A stretch of 64,000 nucleotides of DNA, filler included, from Octopus bimaculoides (taxonomy: Eukaryota), in assembly GCF_001194135.2 (NCBI RefSeq). It is 7 parts of 6 records of this genome, joined end to end, with 100 filler letters (N's around TTAATTAATTAA, not from the genome) between each part and the next. Parts side by side here need not be neighbours in the genome. Positions count along the whole stretch, not along the records: positions 11,430 to 43,042 come from NC_068982.1; 6 more parts are not named here. One strand, written 5' to 3'. The first letter of the stretch is position 1. Each line of letters starts with the position of its first letter. Shown here piece by piece: positions 11,486 through 24,594 of the stretch. Position numbers and translations under genes: made by a program. Under the pieces are notes generated by a model. It did not search any database, was not told the origin of the DNA, and was given only the letters and a program-made list of their open reading frames with translations.

Positions 11486-12299
11486 CATGTACATATCAAT
11501 AACAGTAATAATCTTCGGATGTAATTTATAAATATTTTATGCATCGATACGCGCGTTTCCACAAATTACATGTTTTTTAAGATCATAGTCCGTATTCCTG
11601 AAATTATTACAGTGCAGTCCGTAGTATCGATGGACACAACGTAGATCATGTTTATGCTTTCATTTCTAAAATTTATTTTAAATAAATGCAAGCACACTCG
11701 CGACACATTTTTAAACAGTTTATTTTAAAAGTAGCTTTGGCTGAATCTATTCGTTATACATCAAAGTATGTGTTATTTCTCGCATGAAATTACGGCTTGT
11801 GTATTAAACTCTACGTTTGTCTGTTCAGTGACAAACAGAACATAGACTAAACACGAGGAAATAATTTTTAAAAATCAAGTGAAATCGTTGCATTGGTCAT
11901 AAAATATACTATGAGCCACGTAGACCTTTCTCCAATACGTATGACTATACTCGCAGACTTTAATATTACATTAATGTATAAATTACAGATGAATTTTCGA
12001 TAATTGCCATTTCTATTTCCTATGTGTAGAGAACAAATATTCATGGAGTGTGTAGAGAATGTAGTTGATTAGAAATACATGGAAAAGATTTTATAGATTA
12101 TGTGATGAAAACTATAATATATTGGGGTAATGGACACCAATAAACATAGCTATTTCAAGTAATTTTGCGATAGTTTCCATTATATCATACATATTAAATA
12201 TATGTTAAGTATATGTTATTAGGGTAAAAACTAAAAACAAAATCAAGAGATTTGGTGAATATAATTTGAAGAAAAGCAACAAAAATTCAATAGGTTACA

Positions 12300-12387
12300 G
12301 CAGTACGTACGTTTCGTACAAACTTCATTTATTCATGTAGTGAGAACACTACATAAAATGTGTAATGAAAATGTACTCTTCAGCTGC
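12300..12387 (-). ncRNA. Type I hammerhead ribozyme, intact core
   Basis: Minus strand: GCAG-CTGAAGA-GTAC...GTAC-GAAAC-gtac-GT-A-CTGC; predicted cut between 12304 and 12303. Confidence 0.85.
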
Positions 12388-12614
12388 ATAATGGAATTTC
12401 ATTTTAGAAAGTCATTTTGTAGATGTATGCAAAAAACAAGAGTAAGAGAAGAAAAAATACCATCTTGGCTGGGCTGCTGTTTAACAGTTTAGTAAACAGC
12501 AGCTCAGCTTAGACTGTTAAATAGCAGCCCAGCCAAGATGGTATTTTTTTCTTCTCTTACTCTTGTTTTTTGCATACATCTACCAAATAACTTTCTAAAA
12601 TGAAATTCCATTAC

Positions 12615-12702
12615 GCAGCTGAGGAGTACATTTTCATTACATATTTTATGTAGTGTTCTCACTACATGAATAAATGAAGTTTGTACGAAACGTACGTACT
12701 GC
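12615..12702 (+). ncRNA. Type I hammerhead ribozyme, intact core
   Basis: GCAG(12615-18)-CTGAGGA(12619-25)-GTAC..long stem II..GTAC(12683-86)-GAAAC(12687-91)-gtac-GTA(12696-98)-CTGC(12699-702). Helix III ACGTACGT is palindromic. Confidence 0.87.
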
Positions 12703-14722
12703 TATAACCTATTGAATTTTTGTTGCTTTTCTTCAAATATATATATATATGTATTCAAATAATCAGAAAATGGAGAAAACTTTGGATCAACAAACAAAAA
12801 GATATCACCGCATCGGTTGATTATTATTTAATACAAAGCCTGACATAAAGTTTTCTCCGTTTTCTTATTATTTAAATTTGATCCCTGATAAACGTTTGTT
12901 TATTCTGTTGTTACCTACACCCTANNNNNNNNNNNNNNNNNNNNNNNNNNNNNNNNNNNNNNNNNNNNNNNNNNNNNNNNNNNNNNNNNNNNNNNNNNNN
13001 NNNNNNNNNNNNNNNNNNNNNNNNNNNNNNNNNNNNNNNNNNNNNNNNNNNNNNNNNNNNNNNNNNNNNNNNNNNNNNNNNNNNNNNNNNNNNNNNNNNN
13101 NNNNNNNNNNNNNNNNNNNNNNNNNNNNNNNNNNNNNNNNNNNNNNNNNNNNNNNNNNNNNNNNNNNNNNNNNNNNNNNNNNNNNNNNNNNNNNNNNNNN
13201 NNNNNNNNNNNNNNNNNNNNNNNNNNNNNNNNNNNNNNNNNNNNNNNNNNNNNNNNNNNNNNNNNNNNNNNNNNNNNNNNNNNNNNNNNNNNNNNNNNNN
13301 NNNNNNNNNNNNNNNNNNNNNNNNNNNNNNNNNNNNNNNNNNNNNNNNNNNNNNNNNNNNNNNNNNNNNNNNNNNNNNNNNNNNNNNNNNNNNNNNNNNN
13401 NNNNNNNNNNNNNNNNNNNNNNNNNNNNNNNNNNNNNNNNNTATATATATATATATATATATTGTATAAATTTATATATCAATATATTGTATATATGTAT
13501 ATATAAATATATATATATACATACACATATATAATGTGTTTGTGTTTGTGTATGTGCGTATATATAAATATATGTGTGTATATAAGTGTGTATGACTTTC
13601 TACTTAAATTGAACCCCGCCTAATCATTTTTGTGTCTACTCTGAAAAGTTATGTCTACGTAAGCTGTATTACTTCTAGAGAGATGATCGTATGCATGGAA
13701 AAGTTAGTAGGTGAATACTGTTAGAAAAATGCTAAAACAGGTTGTCAGACTAATTTCCTTAGAGTATTATATTTCATCTTTCAAAGTTCTTCATTGAAAT
13801 CTCATTGAAGTTGTCATCTCACCTAAATCTCTCGGCGTAGAATAAAATTTCCCCAACATGTCCCGATGTCGAATACAATTACTTATTCTTCAAGCAAATA
13901 ATAACATCGGATATTAAAAATCATCTTTCTTTCTTATTTCATAATATAAAATATTATGGAACGGTTATAACTTATGAAATACTTGGAGCTGCTTCACTCT
14001 AAATGAAACCTGATTTAGTACATCTGTGGTCAATGAGGTTTTAGCTATGATCACAATAACCCTGCATATCAGGGGCTATTTGATATCATGTATTCTCCCT
14101 TACTTCACACTAGATTGTTGTCATCGATGAGACATGGCTGATCTATTTTCACTTTTGCTGAGTGAACACAAAGAGGTTTTTACTCTTGTTGTTCCTGTTC
14201 TCGACACACTCCTCATCACCTTAGGTCTGGCAGTTGAAGCCATCTTGATAGTTTTGAACTAACTTACCACTACATCATATAATGCTATCTCTCTTATTTA
14301 AGAATGTGATTTGTCATTCTGGTTAGTATTTCTGTATATACACTTAAGGTAAGCAAACACATTCTGAATTGTGAGTGTAATTTTCTAAACTGACATCGTT
14401 ATTCAAGTAACACTTAAATATATTACTTGGTGATAAGTAAATAGGCTACGATAAATATTCGTTTATCAACAACGAGTATCACAATTAATCAAAATGACAC
14501 AGGCTTGTAACTATTTAGATAAAATGCTAATGAACAGCGCTGTACAGCGATAATTTGTTGTCTGTAAATATTCAAGCTTGTCACTCATAGACATATCCAT
14601 ACCCACACCCATGTATATATTTGTGTGTACATACACATATACATATGCACACACATATATATATAACAATAATAATAATAAAAAGTGTATATATATATGT
14701 GGGGGGGCGTGTGTGTGTGTAT

Positions 14723-14753
<31 letters not shown>

Positions 14754-15526
14754 TCTTTTATATATCACCCCTTTTTAAAGCATTCTCTAATCAAAACAAT
14801 TGCTTGTGGTTTCATGTAGACATTGATTCTTATATTTCTTAAGTCAATCTGTTGCGTGTACAATTCTTCATGTGTAAGCAGCCATATTCTAAATTGAATA
14901 TTTTATCACTACAATATATTTACAGTAATTGATAGTTATCGACATAAAGTTGAAGGGATCTGCATGATGCAATTTAACTAAATACTCTAAATATTATCCT
15001 TATTTATCCTATACACCCAGGTTATAAAAAGAGAAAGAACACATGCACACAAGCGTAAACATACACACACGCGCGCACACATATATGTGTATGTCTGTCT
15101 GTGTGTGTATTGCAGAAAACAGTTAACAACATAGACGAGAAAAGCTATACTAAATACCATATACGATAAGATTTTTAATGTTATCAAATTGTTTCATAGT
15201 TTCACGAGGAAGTAAACAGGGTGGTCATGCAGAAAATGCGACCGACAGATGTTCAAAAGGGGTAGATAATGCCCCAAATCAACCATTTGACGAAATCAAA
15301 CTGCTGTTAAAGGAAGTAAGAAGAAGAAAAAAGAAAGCAAAGTGTACGTCTTTCTGGATATAGATATATGCACACAGACTTCTGCGTCACACACACACAC
15401 ACACACGCACACGCGGGCACATGCACACATATACACACACACGCACATACATTTATATGCTCGTACATACACACGCACAAGCACCAAACTCACACCCACA
15501 TACACACACATAATTATATGCATACC

Positions 15527-15595
<69 letters not shown>

Positions 15596-16100
15596 ATATA
15601 TATATGCATGTATAGGTATGAACGGTGAATGCATGTGTTAAGTTACACTAATTAGTTGAAAAAGGCAATAGGCGTGCCATTCTGCGTCTGTGTGGAGGAG
15701 CAACTCAATGTCAATTGAGTAGCCTCTCGTAAGCGACACAATTTGCTTCGTGTATTAGTTTAAATACTTACTAAAGGTACATTAGCACATCATTAAAATA
15801 TTCACCGGAAAACTTGCATATGCAATGTCTTATTTATTTATACGTTGTTTTTTTTTTATATAAATATTAAACAAGTACTGCATTTAAGCGTTATTTTGTG
15901 GCGGATGTCAGTATATCAAATGCTTTCGTTGCTAATTTCCTGTTGGCAGTTCTTACCTAAATGCCAGATTAATGCAGTGGTTGAATTAGAATGTTCTACA
16001 AGATATATCCTTCGTTAATTCAAAATTATGACTTTCCTTTCAATTATTTTAATGTAACATACATGAATAAGAATGCTTCATAATGCACATGTCCATGTAT

Positions 16101-16508
16101 GCAGTAGAAGTGGCTGTGTGGTAAGTAGCTTGCTTACGAACCACATGGTTCCGGGTTCAGTCCCACGGCGTGGCACCTTGGGCAAGTGTCTTCTACTATA
16201 GCCTCGGGTCGACTAAAGCCTTGTGAGGGGATTTGGTAGACGGAAACTCAAAGAAGCCCGTCGAATATATATGTATATGTATGCGTGTATATATGTTCGT
16301 GTGTCTGTGTTTGTCCCCCCCCCCAACATCGCTTGACAATCGCTGCTGGTGTGTTTACGTCCTCGTAACTTAGCGGTTCGGCAAAACAACCCGATAGAAT
16401 AGATTCTGGGCTTACAAAGGATAAGTCCTGGGGTCGATTTGCTCGACTAAAGGCGGTACTCCAGCATGGCCACAGTCAAAAGACTGCAACAAGTAAAAGA
16501 GTAAAAGA
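16101..16508 (+). mobile_element. SINE family B, full length
   Basis: GTGGCTGTGTGGTAAG (A-box-like), GGGTTCAGTCCC (B-box-like), GGCACCTTGGGCAAGTGTCTT core, AGTAAAAGAGTAAAAG tail. Confidence 0.85.
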
Positions 16509-16608
16509 TATATATATATATAATATATACCCATATATTTAAATATAGATATATATATCCTTAATTATGTATATATATATATGTATATACATATGTATAT
16601 GTATATGC

Positions 16609-16654
<46 letters not shown>

Positions 16655-16856
16655 ACATAATGCATGCACAGATATATGTGTGTGCATATATATATGTATT
16701 TATACATACATATAGATATATCTGCATATCTTTCTCTCTCTACATATATATACATATGTGTGAGTATAGGTATGTAAATATTTATACTTATTAATGACAC
16801 ACACACACACACAAACATATATATACATGTGTGTATGTGTGTACGTGTGTGTATAC

Positions 16857-16888
<32 letters not shown>

Positions 16889-17727
16889 GTCTACACACAC
16901 GTACACACATACACACATACATACATACATATAGTGTTTGAGAGATGTTTAAACAATCACCATGCTTGAAAGAGCTTCAAGTAGACAATACACGATATAA
17001 TGAGACGTTGCTTCTTTAACAAGAAACTGGCAATACCGAAAGTAAAAATAAAAGAACTATAGCAATAACAAAAAAAAAATTAGGTAAGACATAATTCTGC
17101 TCTTCCAGCTATATGATTGCTGTCGGTCAGCCCTCGCTGCAGCACCACATATCTATTGATAAGAAATATGTTATATTTCACAATGCATTAACAAAACAAT
17201 GAAACAAACTCCAATCATATATGCCTCTTGTTTTACTACTATCCATGAATAGAATTTTCCATTTATAAATTTCAGTAGAAGTGTCAATATAAAAACAAAG
17301 CCATTAGAAATATAGATGTTTAGTTGCGAGGTAAGCTGTGTTCCAAGCGATAATATGACGACAAATTACACTTTATGCGTCGAAAGAAAACTAGTCGTAT
17401 TATCCATATCTATATTGAAATTTTCTCACGTTTCATTCGTATTAATTACAACGCAGTGTTTATACTTTCTTTCTTGTTAAACAAAATATTACTTTTATGT
17501 GCAGACGTGTTATTTCTTTTGCTGCATATCATAAACATGTCAAGATATTACACCACTGTAAAATTAGGCGATCGATTGGTTTCAGGTTCTTTTCTGAATT
17601 TACTCTGTAAATTCATAATGAATGTATAATGTAAAAGACAGCTGAGCAAGCAGCAAATACCAGTTAGCGATAATCAAGACACCAATTCCTCGAAACTACA
17701 CGTTGTTGGTTCCAACTTAAAAGTACA

Positions 17728-17760
<33 letters not shown>

Positions 17761-18259
17761 NNNNNNNNNNNNNNNNNNNNNNNNNNNNNNNNNNNNNNNN
17801 NNNNNNNNNNNNNNNNNNNNNNNNNNNNNNNNNNNNNNNNNNNNNNNNNNNNNNNNNNNNNNNNNNNNNNNNNNNNNNNNNNNNNNNNNNNNNNNNNNNN
17901 NNNNNNNNNNNNNNNNNNNNNNNNNNNNNNNNNNNNNNNNNNNNNNNNNNNNNNNNNNNNNNNNNNNNNNNNNNNNNNNNNNNNNNNNNNNNNNNNNNNN
18001 NNNNNNNNNNNNNNNNNNNNNNNNNNNNNNNNNNNNNNNNNNNNNNNNNNNNNNNNNNNNNNNNNNNNNNNNNNNNNNNNNNNNNNNNNNNNNNNNNNNN
18101 NNNNNNNNNNNNNNNNNNNNNNNNNNNNNNNNNNNNNNNNNNNNNNNNNNNNNNNNNNNNNNNNNNNNNNNNNNNNNNNNNNNNNNNNNNNNNNNNNNNN
18201 NNNNNNNNATATATATATATATATATATATATAAATAGTAAATGAGTACATGCATATAT

Positions 18260-18415
18260 ACGTACAGGTATGTGCATACCGACATCCACCTGTATGTATA
18301 GGTGCATATCTGGGTACAGGACATTGCAAACAAACGTAGACGAGAACACACGAGCCACATAGAGAACATTCTACTTCATCAGCTACCCACGTTTTAACAC
18401 CGGCGTTTACATACA
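18260..18415 (+). repeat. Dispersed repeat (family with 40455-40600 minus and 43545-43850 plus), possibly Penelope-like terminal sequence
   Basis: Shared GCATATCTGGGTACAGGAC...ACATAGAG..CTTCATCAGCT(G/A)CC; all three copies are embedded in TA/TG microsatellite. Confidence 0.6.
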
Positions 18416-18537
18416 TATACATTATATGTATGTATGTATGTATGTATGAATGTATATATACTCATACACAAATACAGAAACATATATATTTACATACACA
18501 CATGTGTATGTGTGTGTATACTTGTTATATATATATG

Positions 18538-18568
<31 letters not shown>

Positions 18569-21500
18569 ATAAATGTACATATATATATCACTCCCTCTCC
18601 CTGCTGTCATTTTTCCCTGTTTGCTGCTGTCACGTGACCAGCGGTCAGTTCTTCTTTACCTTCCTTTCTCAGACCGGTCCCTTAGCTGAGCAGTCGCAAA
18701 TTCTGTCTCTCCGTACTCCATCGTTGAAAACATTTTCTAAGCGTTACCCACTATTCTCGTCTCCTTGCCTGAAGGCTGCATTTTGTTCAATTGTTTGTCC
18801 TCGTACACCGTCCTAAATCACACTCTGTGTCGTTTTGCTTGTTTTGTTTCGTTTTGGTTCCTATTGTCCCAAATTCTACGCAAGAAAACATTTTTTGCGG
18901 ACACTGCCATTTGGGAAGCATGCAGTCTTATCGTTAAACTGAAGAGTAGCATTGGTCGATAACTGATGAATAATTATGAACTTCATCAGTTGTCGGTTGT
19001 CTATCTATTCTCCATTTCGAGCAATCAACGACAACATGATTCTTCGAAGACAGTTGGGCCATAAATACCAAAATAAAATTTTGGATTTATGGAAGGGTCA
19101 AAGTTAGGAACATATATAGGACAGCAGAGACATACAGGGAAACCGAACGAAAACAAACATGGTGTGTCATTAAACTCGAAGAAAGGGGGAAATAACGAAC
19201 GCTGAGAGAAATATTTTCTTTGGAAAGAGAAAAGATAGAAGAGAGAGATAGTAGACGTCCAGTCCTCAGGAAGGACAAGTATATGAACAACAAGCAGGTG
19301 TATTAGTTTGACGCTCAGGAAAGTGAGAAAGTCTTTTATGTTTCGAGCCTACGCTATTCAACAGAAAGGAATAAGAGAAAATAAACAGAGAAAGAATTAA
19401 AAAAAAGGAAAAAAAAACTTGTGGATTTAGCGATCAAGTTGGCGGCTGGTTGGGAAAAAATTGTTTGACAGGAGAGGTAGAAAGAAGGTGAGTTAATAAA
19501 GTATTGATGATCCCAAAGCCAAAGTGCGCGGGCATGCATGTGTATGTGAGAATGTGTGTGTGTGTGTGTGTGTAAAAATGTGCGTGTGCATATGTGTGCG
19601 TCTGTGCCGTGTAGGTGTATGGATGATGGTGTGGGCGTGTGCGGATGATGGTGTGGTGTGGGTTGGTGTGGGTCAGTGTTAGCGTGTGTGGAGTAGTGTG
19701 GCGTGGTGTGGTGGTGAGTTGGAGTGTGGTGTGGTGTGGGGGAAATTGCTAGTCGTACAATCTCAAGAAGAGATCAGAGTAGTAACTATGATAACAAGTA
19801 AAGTTAATCAACACATCAAAGTGGCTGTTCCATGTTACACCTAGTTTAACCCCAGGCAGATCTTCCACCAGCTGGTTATCGATGCAGCGTTGCGCCCTAT
19901 ATATCGCTAGCAGGGGACACAAACACCTACCATCGTCTAGCAGACAACAGGATCAAAACTGAGTCAGTCTCATGATCCTGTTGTCTGCTAGAGGATGATA
20001 GCAGTTCGCTCCCGATGCTTTAAAGGAGCCGCTTGAAACTGCCGTAATGAATTTACACCTGTACATCTTTGCTGCTCATTTATATTCACCACCTTCCCAT
20101 CGCCACAGGACTTCCGAATAAAAAATAAAATAAAAATATGCTAACAATATGTAAATATATACAAAAAATGAAGAAAATACATACTAAAAATAAGATAAAT
20201 ATATATTGGGGAAAAAATGCACATATCGACCACACATATGCAGAGAGCATATTTGTTCCATTATATAATGCTGCAGATTGAGAATTGAGATGGATTTAGT
20301 ACGTTGAACGACCATCTAGCAGTTCTTTTGTTGACTGTTAATGAACTCTAGAGACATATATATGCTTCTAGACTGTAACTGTAATGAATATGTACAGACA
20401 TGTACAAAATGTGCAATGAATTTCGGAAATCTAGTGTCAGTATTCATTCCATACACGAATTACAATCAGTACCACAAGCATTCATTTCAAAGGCTGATAT
20501 AATCAGTACAGGTAATGAATGTTTAAATTGCGTTTTGCTAAGACGAAATATGTAAAAGTTAACAAATTCTGAAGCTTGTCGCAAGGAAAACTGTGCAAAC
20601 GTGTTTCATTATCACTGAAAAGAAACCCACGTCTAAAAATTAACTATTTTATATTTTTGGTGCCAAATCAGTACAAACAAAGATATGCGAAACTTTTTCA
20701 TGAATGCAAACTGATTTTTTGTCTATTTATATGTCTGTTGCAAAATTTCTATTTAAACTCAAAATTTAACTTTACGACAAATGCTCTTAATCTACAGAAG
20801 TAACAAAGGAAAATGACCGAGCCGCATGTCGTCGCTCGAATTCCTGAAAATAACCGCCAAATTACTATAAAATATTACCTTGTCGTGATGAAACAAAAAC
20901 ACAGTATGATTCACAAACATAAAAAAAATTGTTATGGTCAAGAGTGGAGTATTCTTGATAATAGATCGGCCTGATACAAATTATCTGAAGCGAAATAATA
21001 CAGAATAAACTGTTCGTGATTCTTAGAATACAGAAAGACAGCAGTTGAAATTACATTTTATTATGAGCTCTTTCTATATGTTTCATTCATCTATTCCTCG
21101 ACTAATGAATGCTCTACGCTATAAAATGAGTTAAAACGTGTTTGATACATCAGTTCACTTCGCAATAACCTGATTGTGAGTTCAGCCTCACTGCAGGACA
21201 CTTTTAGCAATTTATTTTTTCTAGAGCTTCTGCTGACCATTAAATTGTAAGTGACTTTGATTGGCAGAAATTATACGGAACCACGTCTTATATTTTGTGT
21301 GTGCTTATATCGATAGGTGTACCTTTATATTTGTTAGTCAGTTTATGTTCGTATGGCCTGGTGATTCGGCAAAGAGACACCCACAGAATGGTAATACAGA
21401 GAGAAATATGCACTGGGTTGGATGCCATTGAATAAATCCTGCAGTACAGTGACTAACGAAAAAGTATAAAAGTATAGACGCAGAGACACATATATACGTA

Positions 21501-22351
21501 TGTGTATATATATATACGCACATATATACGTATGACTATATAATAAGCATCTTGCTTATTATGAGAAAATTTAAATACTGAGAAGCGAAATTATGATTAA
21601 TGGTGATTATTATTAACAGAGAAACATATAGAATTCATTACTGATACAGGAAAAATTGATTTGTAGAGTTTTAATATCCAGGAACAGCAAACTACATTAT
21701 AGGAATAGGTTAAAGTCACCCGGAATACTAGAAGACATATGCAGAATAACACAACGAACTATTGTAGAATAACACGAAGAATGATTTTGGTAAAACCATT
21801 TGTTTTTCAATTTCTGTTTCACTCTCCAATTGTTCTGTTATAACACAAATTTCTCCTCAACATCTCTTTGTTGATAAAATAACCGTCGTAACAGAGTAAA
21901 TGAAGTTCAGTGACATGAAAGTAGATTATGAGAGCCAGCCGAAACCAGGTCTACTAACAATTAAATTCTTCCTCAAGTTCTGTGATTTCAATGTCGATCG
22001 TAAGCTATCTCTAACAGTTACATTCGACAGCAAAATTTCTATTAGGATTTTGAAAATCGTTCAAAAGCGTGCAGTGTCTGTGCGTTAAAGGTCTGATATG
22101 TGTAATAAAAATATGAGCTTCTTCTTTCGAATAAAGATGAAATATTGATTAACTCCTTTTGACGCAACATTTTGCGGTACATGCTCTAAATTGTATGATT
22201 GAGAGAACTATACGTTGCATCATACAGCAAATGAAATTTCAAAGCGACAGTGTTGACTCATCAACACTATGTATATAACTTGCATTGTTCATATATTATG
22301 AATCAGATATTAAGTATTGACCGCACAAACATTGTTTTCATATACAATATA

Positions 22352-23178
22352 CAGGTTGCGGTGAATATATTGTCGTCTAAATTACGCACAAATGAAAATA
22401 ACACCGGCATCTCATTTTAACAGATATGTTTACCAAAATTACAAAAAAACAAAAAAAAAATATCTTGAAATACTAAAAAGTAAATTTATTCAATAAAATT
22501 GCCATCGGCTTCAACCACGGCCTCCAGACGTCTTCGTAATCTCCTACGACCTTTCTTTAAGTCGGTGAATGCTGCTATAATCCTTGCATTCAGTTCATCT
22601 TCGCTGTTACAAGGAGTTCTGTTGGTCTGTCACACAGCTGCACCCCACACATAATAATCAAGGGGGTTGCAGTCTGGGGAGTTAGATGGCCAGATATTAG
22701 GATTGATGTGGTCGCAGAAATTGCCTGACAGCCATGACTGGGTTCTCCTGCTTGTATGGCATGTTGCATAGTCCTATTGCCTGGCACTTAATGAAGACCT
22801 CCGCGTTCAGTGTGAGGCCTCGTGGGTAGATGAATGGAGGCATAACTTCGCCATCACTAGTGATAACGTTAAACACCATGATGTTGACTGGATGTTTAAT
22901 TTTTATCACTCTCGGTACATGTCCTCAGATTGCACTGTCCTCAGATTGACAGCTAAACACTCTGAAATGTTTGTATTGGAGCTTTCGGCTCTAATGCTAA
23001 GCTGTACAACCAGTATGTTGTTTCCAATTTTCTGGCGGAGCGATTTGCGTCATGGTGTTCTGTTTCTCACAGATTGTGCCCAACTAACCCTACTATGCTG
23101 TGTAGTCGACAAAATCAAAAACAAACAATGCGCAAAATTATAAATATAAAATGGTGACAAATTACCCATCGCACCCTG
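22352..23178 (-). mobile_element. Internally deleted Tc1/mariner element, likely DD37D (maT-like), with TIRs
   Basis: TA-CAGGTTGCGGTG... at left and ...CATCGCACCCTG-TA at right. Minus strand encodes HPVNIMVF..ITSDGEVMPPFI and IWPSNSPDCNPLDYYVWGA. Confidence 0.8.
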
Positions 23179-23318
23179 TATAATTCTCGTCACTGGTGAA
23201 AAATATGCAGAATATTTTATACAGATAAACCTAGCATCTAGAAAGCCGTTCTCGAAAATACATTGTTTACTATGTTTTTCAACATATTCCATATTTCAAT
23301 TTTAGTTCTCTCTCTCTC

Positions 23319-23396
<78 letters not shown>

Positions 23397-24268
23397 NNNN
23401 NNNNNNNNNNNNNNNNNNNNNNNNNNNNNNNNNNNNNNNNNNNNNNNNNNNNNNNNNNNNNNNNNNNNNNNNNNNNNNNNNNNNNNNNNNNNNNNNNNNN
23501 NNNNNNNNNNNNNNNNNNNNNNNNNNNNNNNNNNNNNNNNNNNNNNNNNNNNNNNNNNNNNNNNNNNNNNNNNNNNNNNNNNNNNNNNNNNNNNNNNNNN
23601 NNNNNNNNNNNNNNNNNNNNNNNNNNNNNNNNNNNNNNNNNNNNNNNNNNNNNNNNNNNNNNNNNNNNNNNNNNNNNNNNNNNNNNNNNNNNNNNNNNNN
23701 NNNNNNNNNNNNNNNNNNNNNNNNNNNNNNNNNNNNNNNNNNNNNNNNNNNNNNNNNNNNNNNNNNNNNNNNNNNNNNNNNNNNNNNNNNNNNNNNNNNN
23801 NNNNNNNNNNNNNNNNNNNNNNNNNNNNNNNNNNNNNNNNNNNNNNNNNNNNNNNNNNNNNNNNNNNNNNNNNNNNNNNNNNNNNNNNNNNNNNNNNNNN
23901 NNNNNNNNNNNNNNNNNNNNNNNNNNNNNNNNNNNNNNNNNNNNNNNNNNNNNNNNNNNNNNNNNNNNNNNNNNNNNNNNNNNNNNNNNNNNNNNNNNNN
24001 NNNNNNNNNNNNNNNNNNNNNNNNNNNNNNNNNNNNNNNNNNNNNNNNNNNNNNNNNNNNNNNNNNNNNNNNNNNNNNNNNNNNNNNNNNNNNNNNNNNN
24101 NNNNNNNNNNNNNNNNNNNNNNNNNNNNNNNNNNNNNNNNNNNNNNNNNNNNNNNNNNNNNNNNNNNNNNNNNNNNNNNNNNNNNNNNNNNNNNNNNNNN
24201 NNNNNNNNNNNNNNNNNNNNNNNNNNNNNNNNNNNNNNNNNNNNNNNNNNNNNNNNNNNNNNNNNNNN

Positions 24269-24301
<33 letters not shown>

Positions 24302-24305
24302 AACT

Positions 24306-24329
<24 letters not shown>

Positions 24330-24342
<13 letters not shown>

Positions 24343-24594
24343 ATGTGTGTGTGTGTATGTATGTATGTATGTATGTATTTGTGTGTCTGTGTTTGTCCCC
24401 CTGCCATCGCTTGACACCGATGTTGGTGGGTTTACGTCCCTGCAATTTAGCGGTTCGGTTAAAAAGACAGATAGAATAAGTACTAGGCTTACAAAGAGTA
24501 AGTCCTGGGTTCTATTCGTTCAACTAAAGGCGCTACTCTAGCATGGCCGGAGTCAAATGGCTGAAACACATAAAAGAATAAGTGAATAAAAGAA
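24330..24594 (+). mobile_element. SINE family B, 3' half
   Basis: TGTCTGTGTTTGTCCCC..CATCGCTTGACA..TAGCGGTTCGG..GACTAAAGGCG-like body. Confidence 0.8.

Larger units (their letters stand above)
12264..12738. mobile_element. ~475-bp palindromic (foldback) Penelope-like terminal-repeat element with two hammerheads
   Basis: 12264-12491 is approximately the reverse complement of 12510-12738, with only a handful of substitutions and an 18-nt spacer; abuts (TA)n on the right. Confidence 0.85.

Noticed and set aside
14040-14330. IVVIDETW-like mariner remnant
   Set aside because: Too short and degraded to delimit.
15178-15363. 61-aa ORF as a possible further channel exon
   Set aside because: No similarity to the expected ERG CNBHD or C-terminus and no convincing splice signals.
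18930-19000. CTGAAGAG...CGATAAC and an adjacent ACTGATGAA/TTCATCAGT hairpin
   Set aside because: GAAA is interrupted and there is no stem II or III support.
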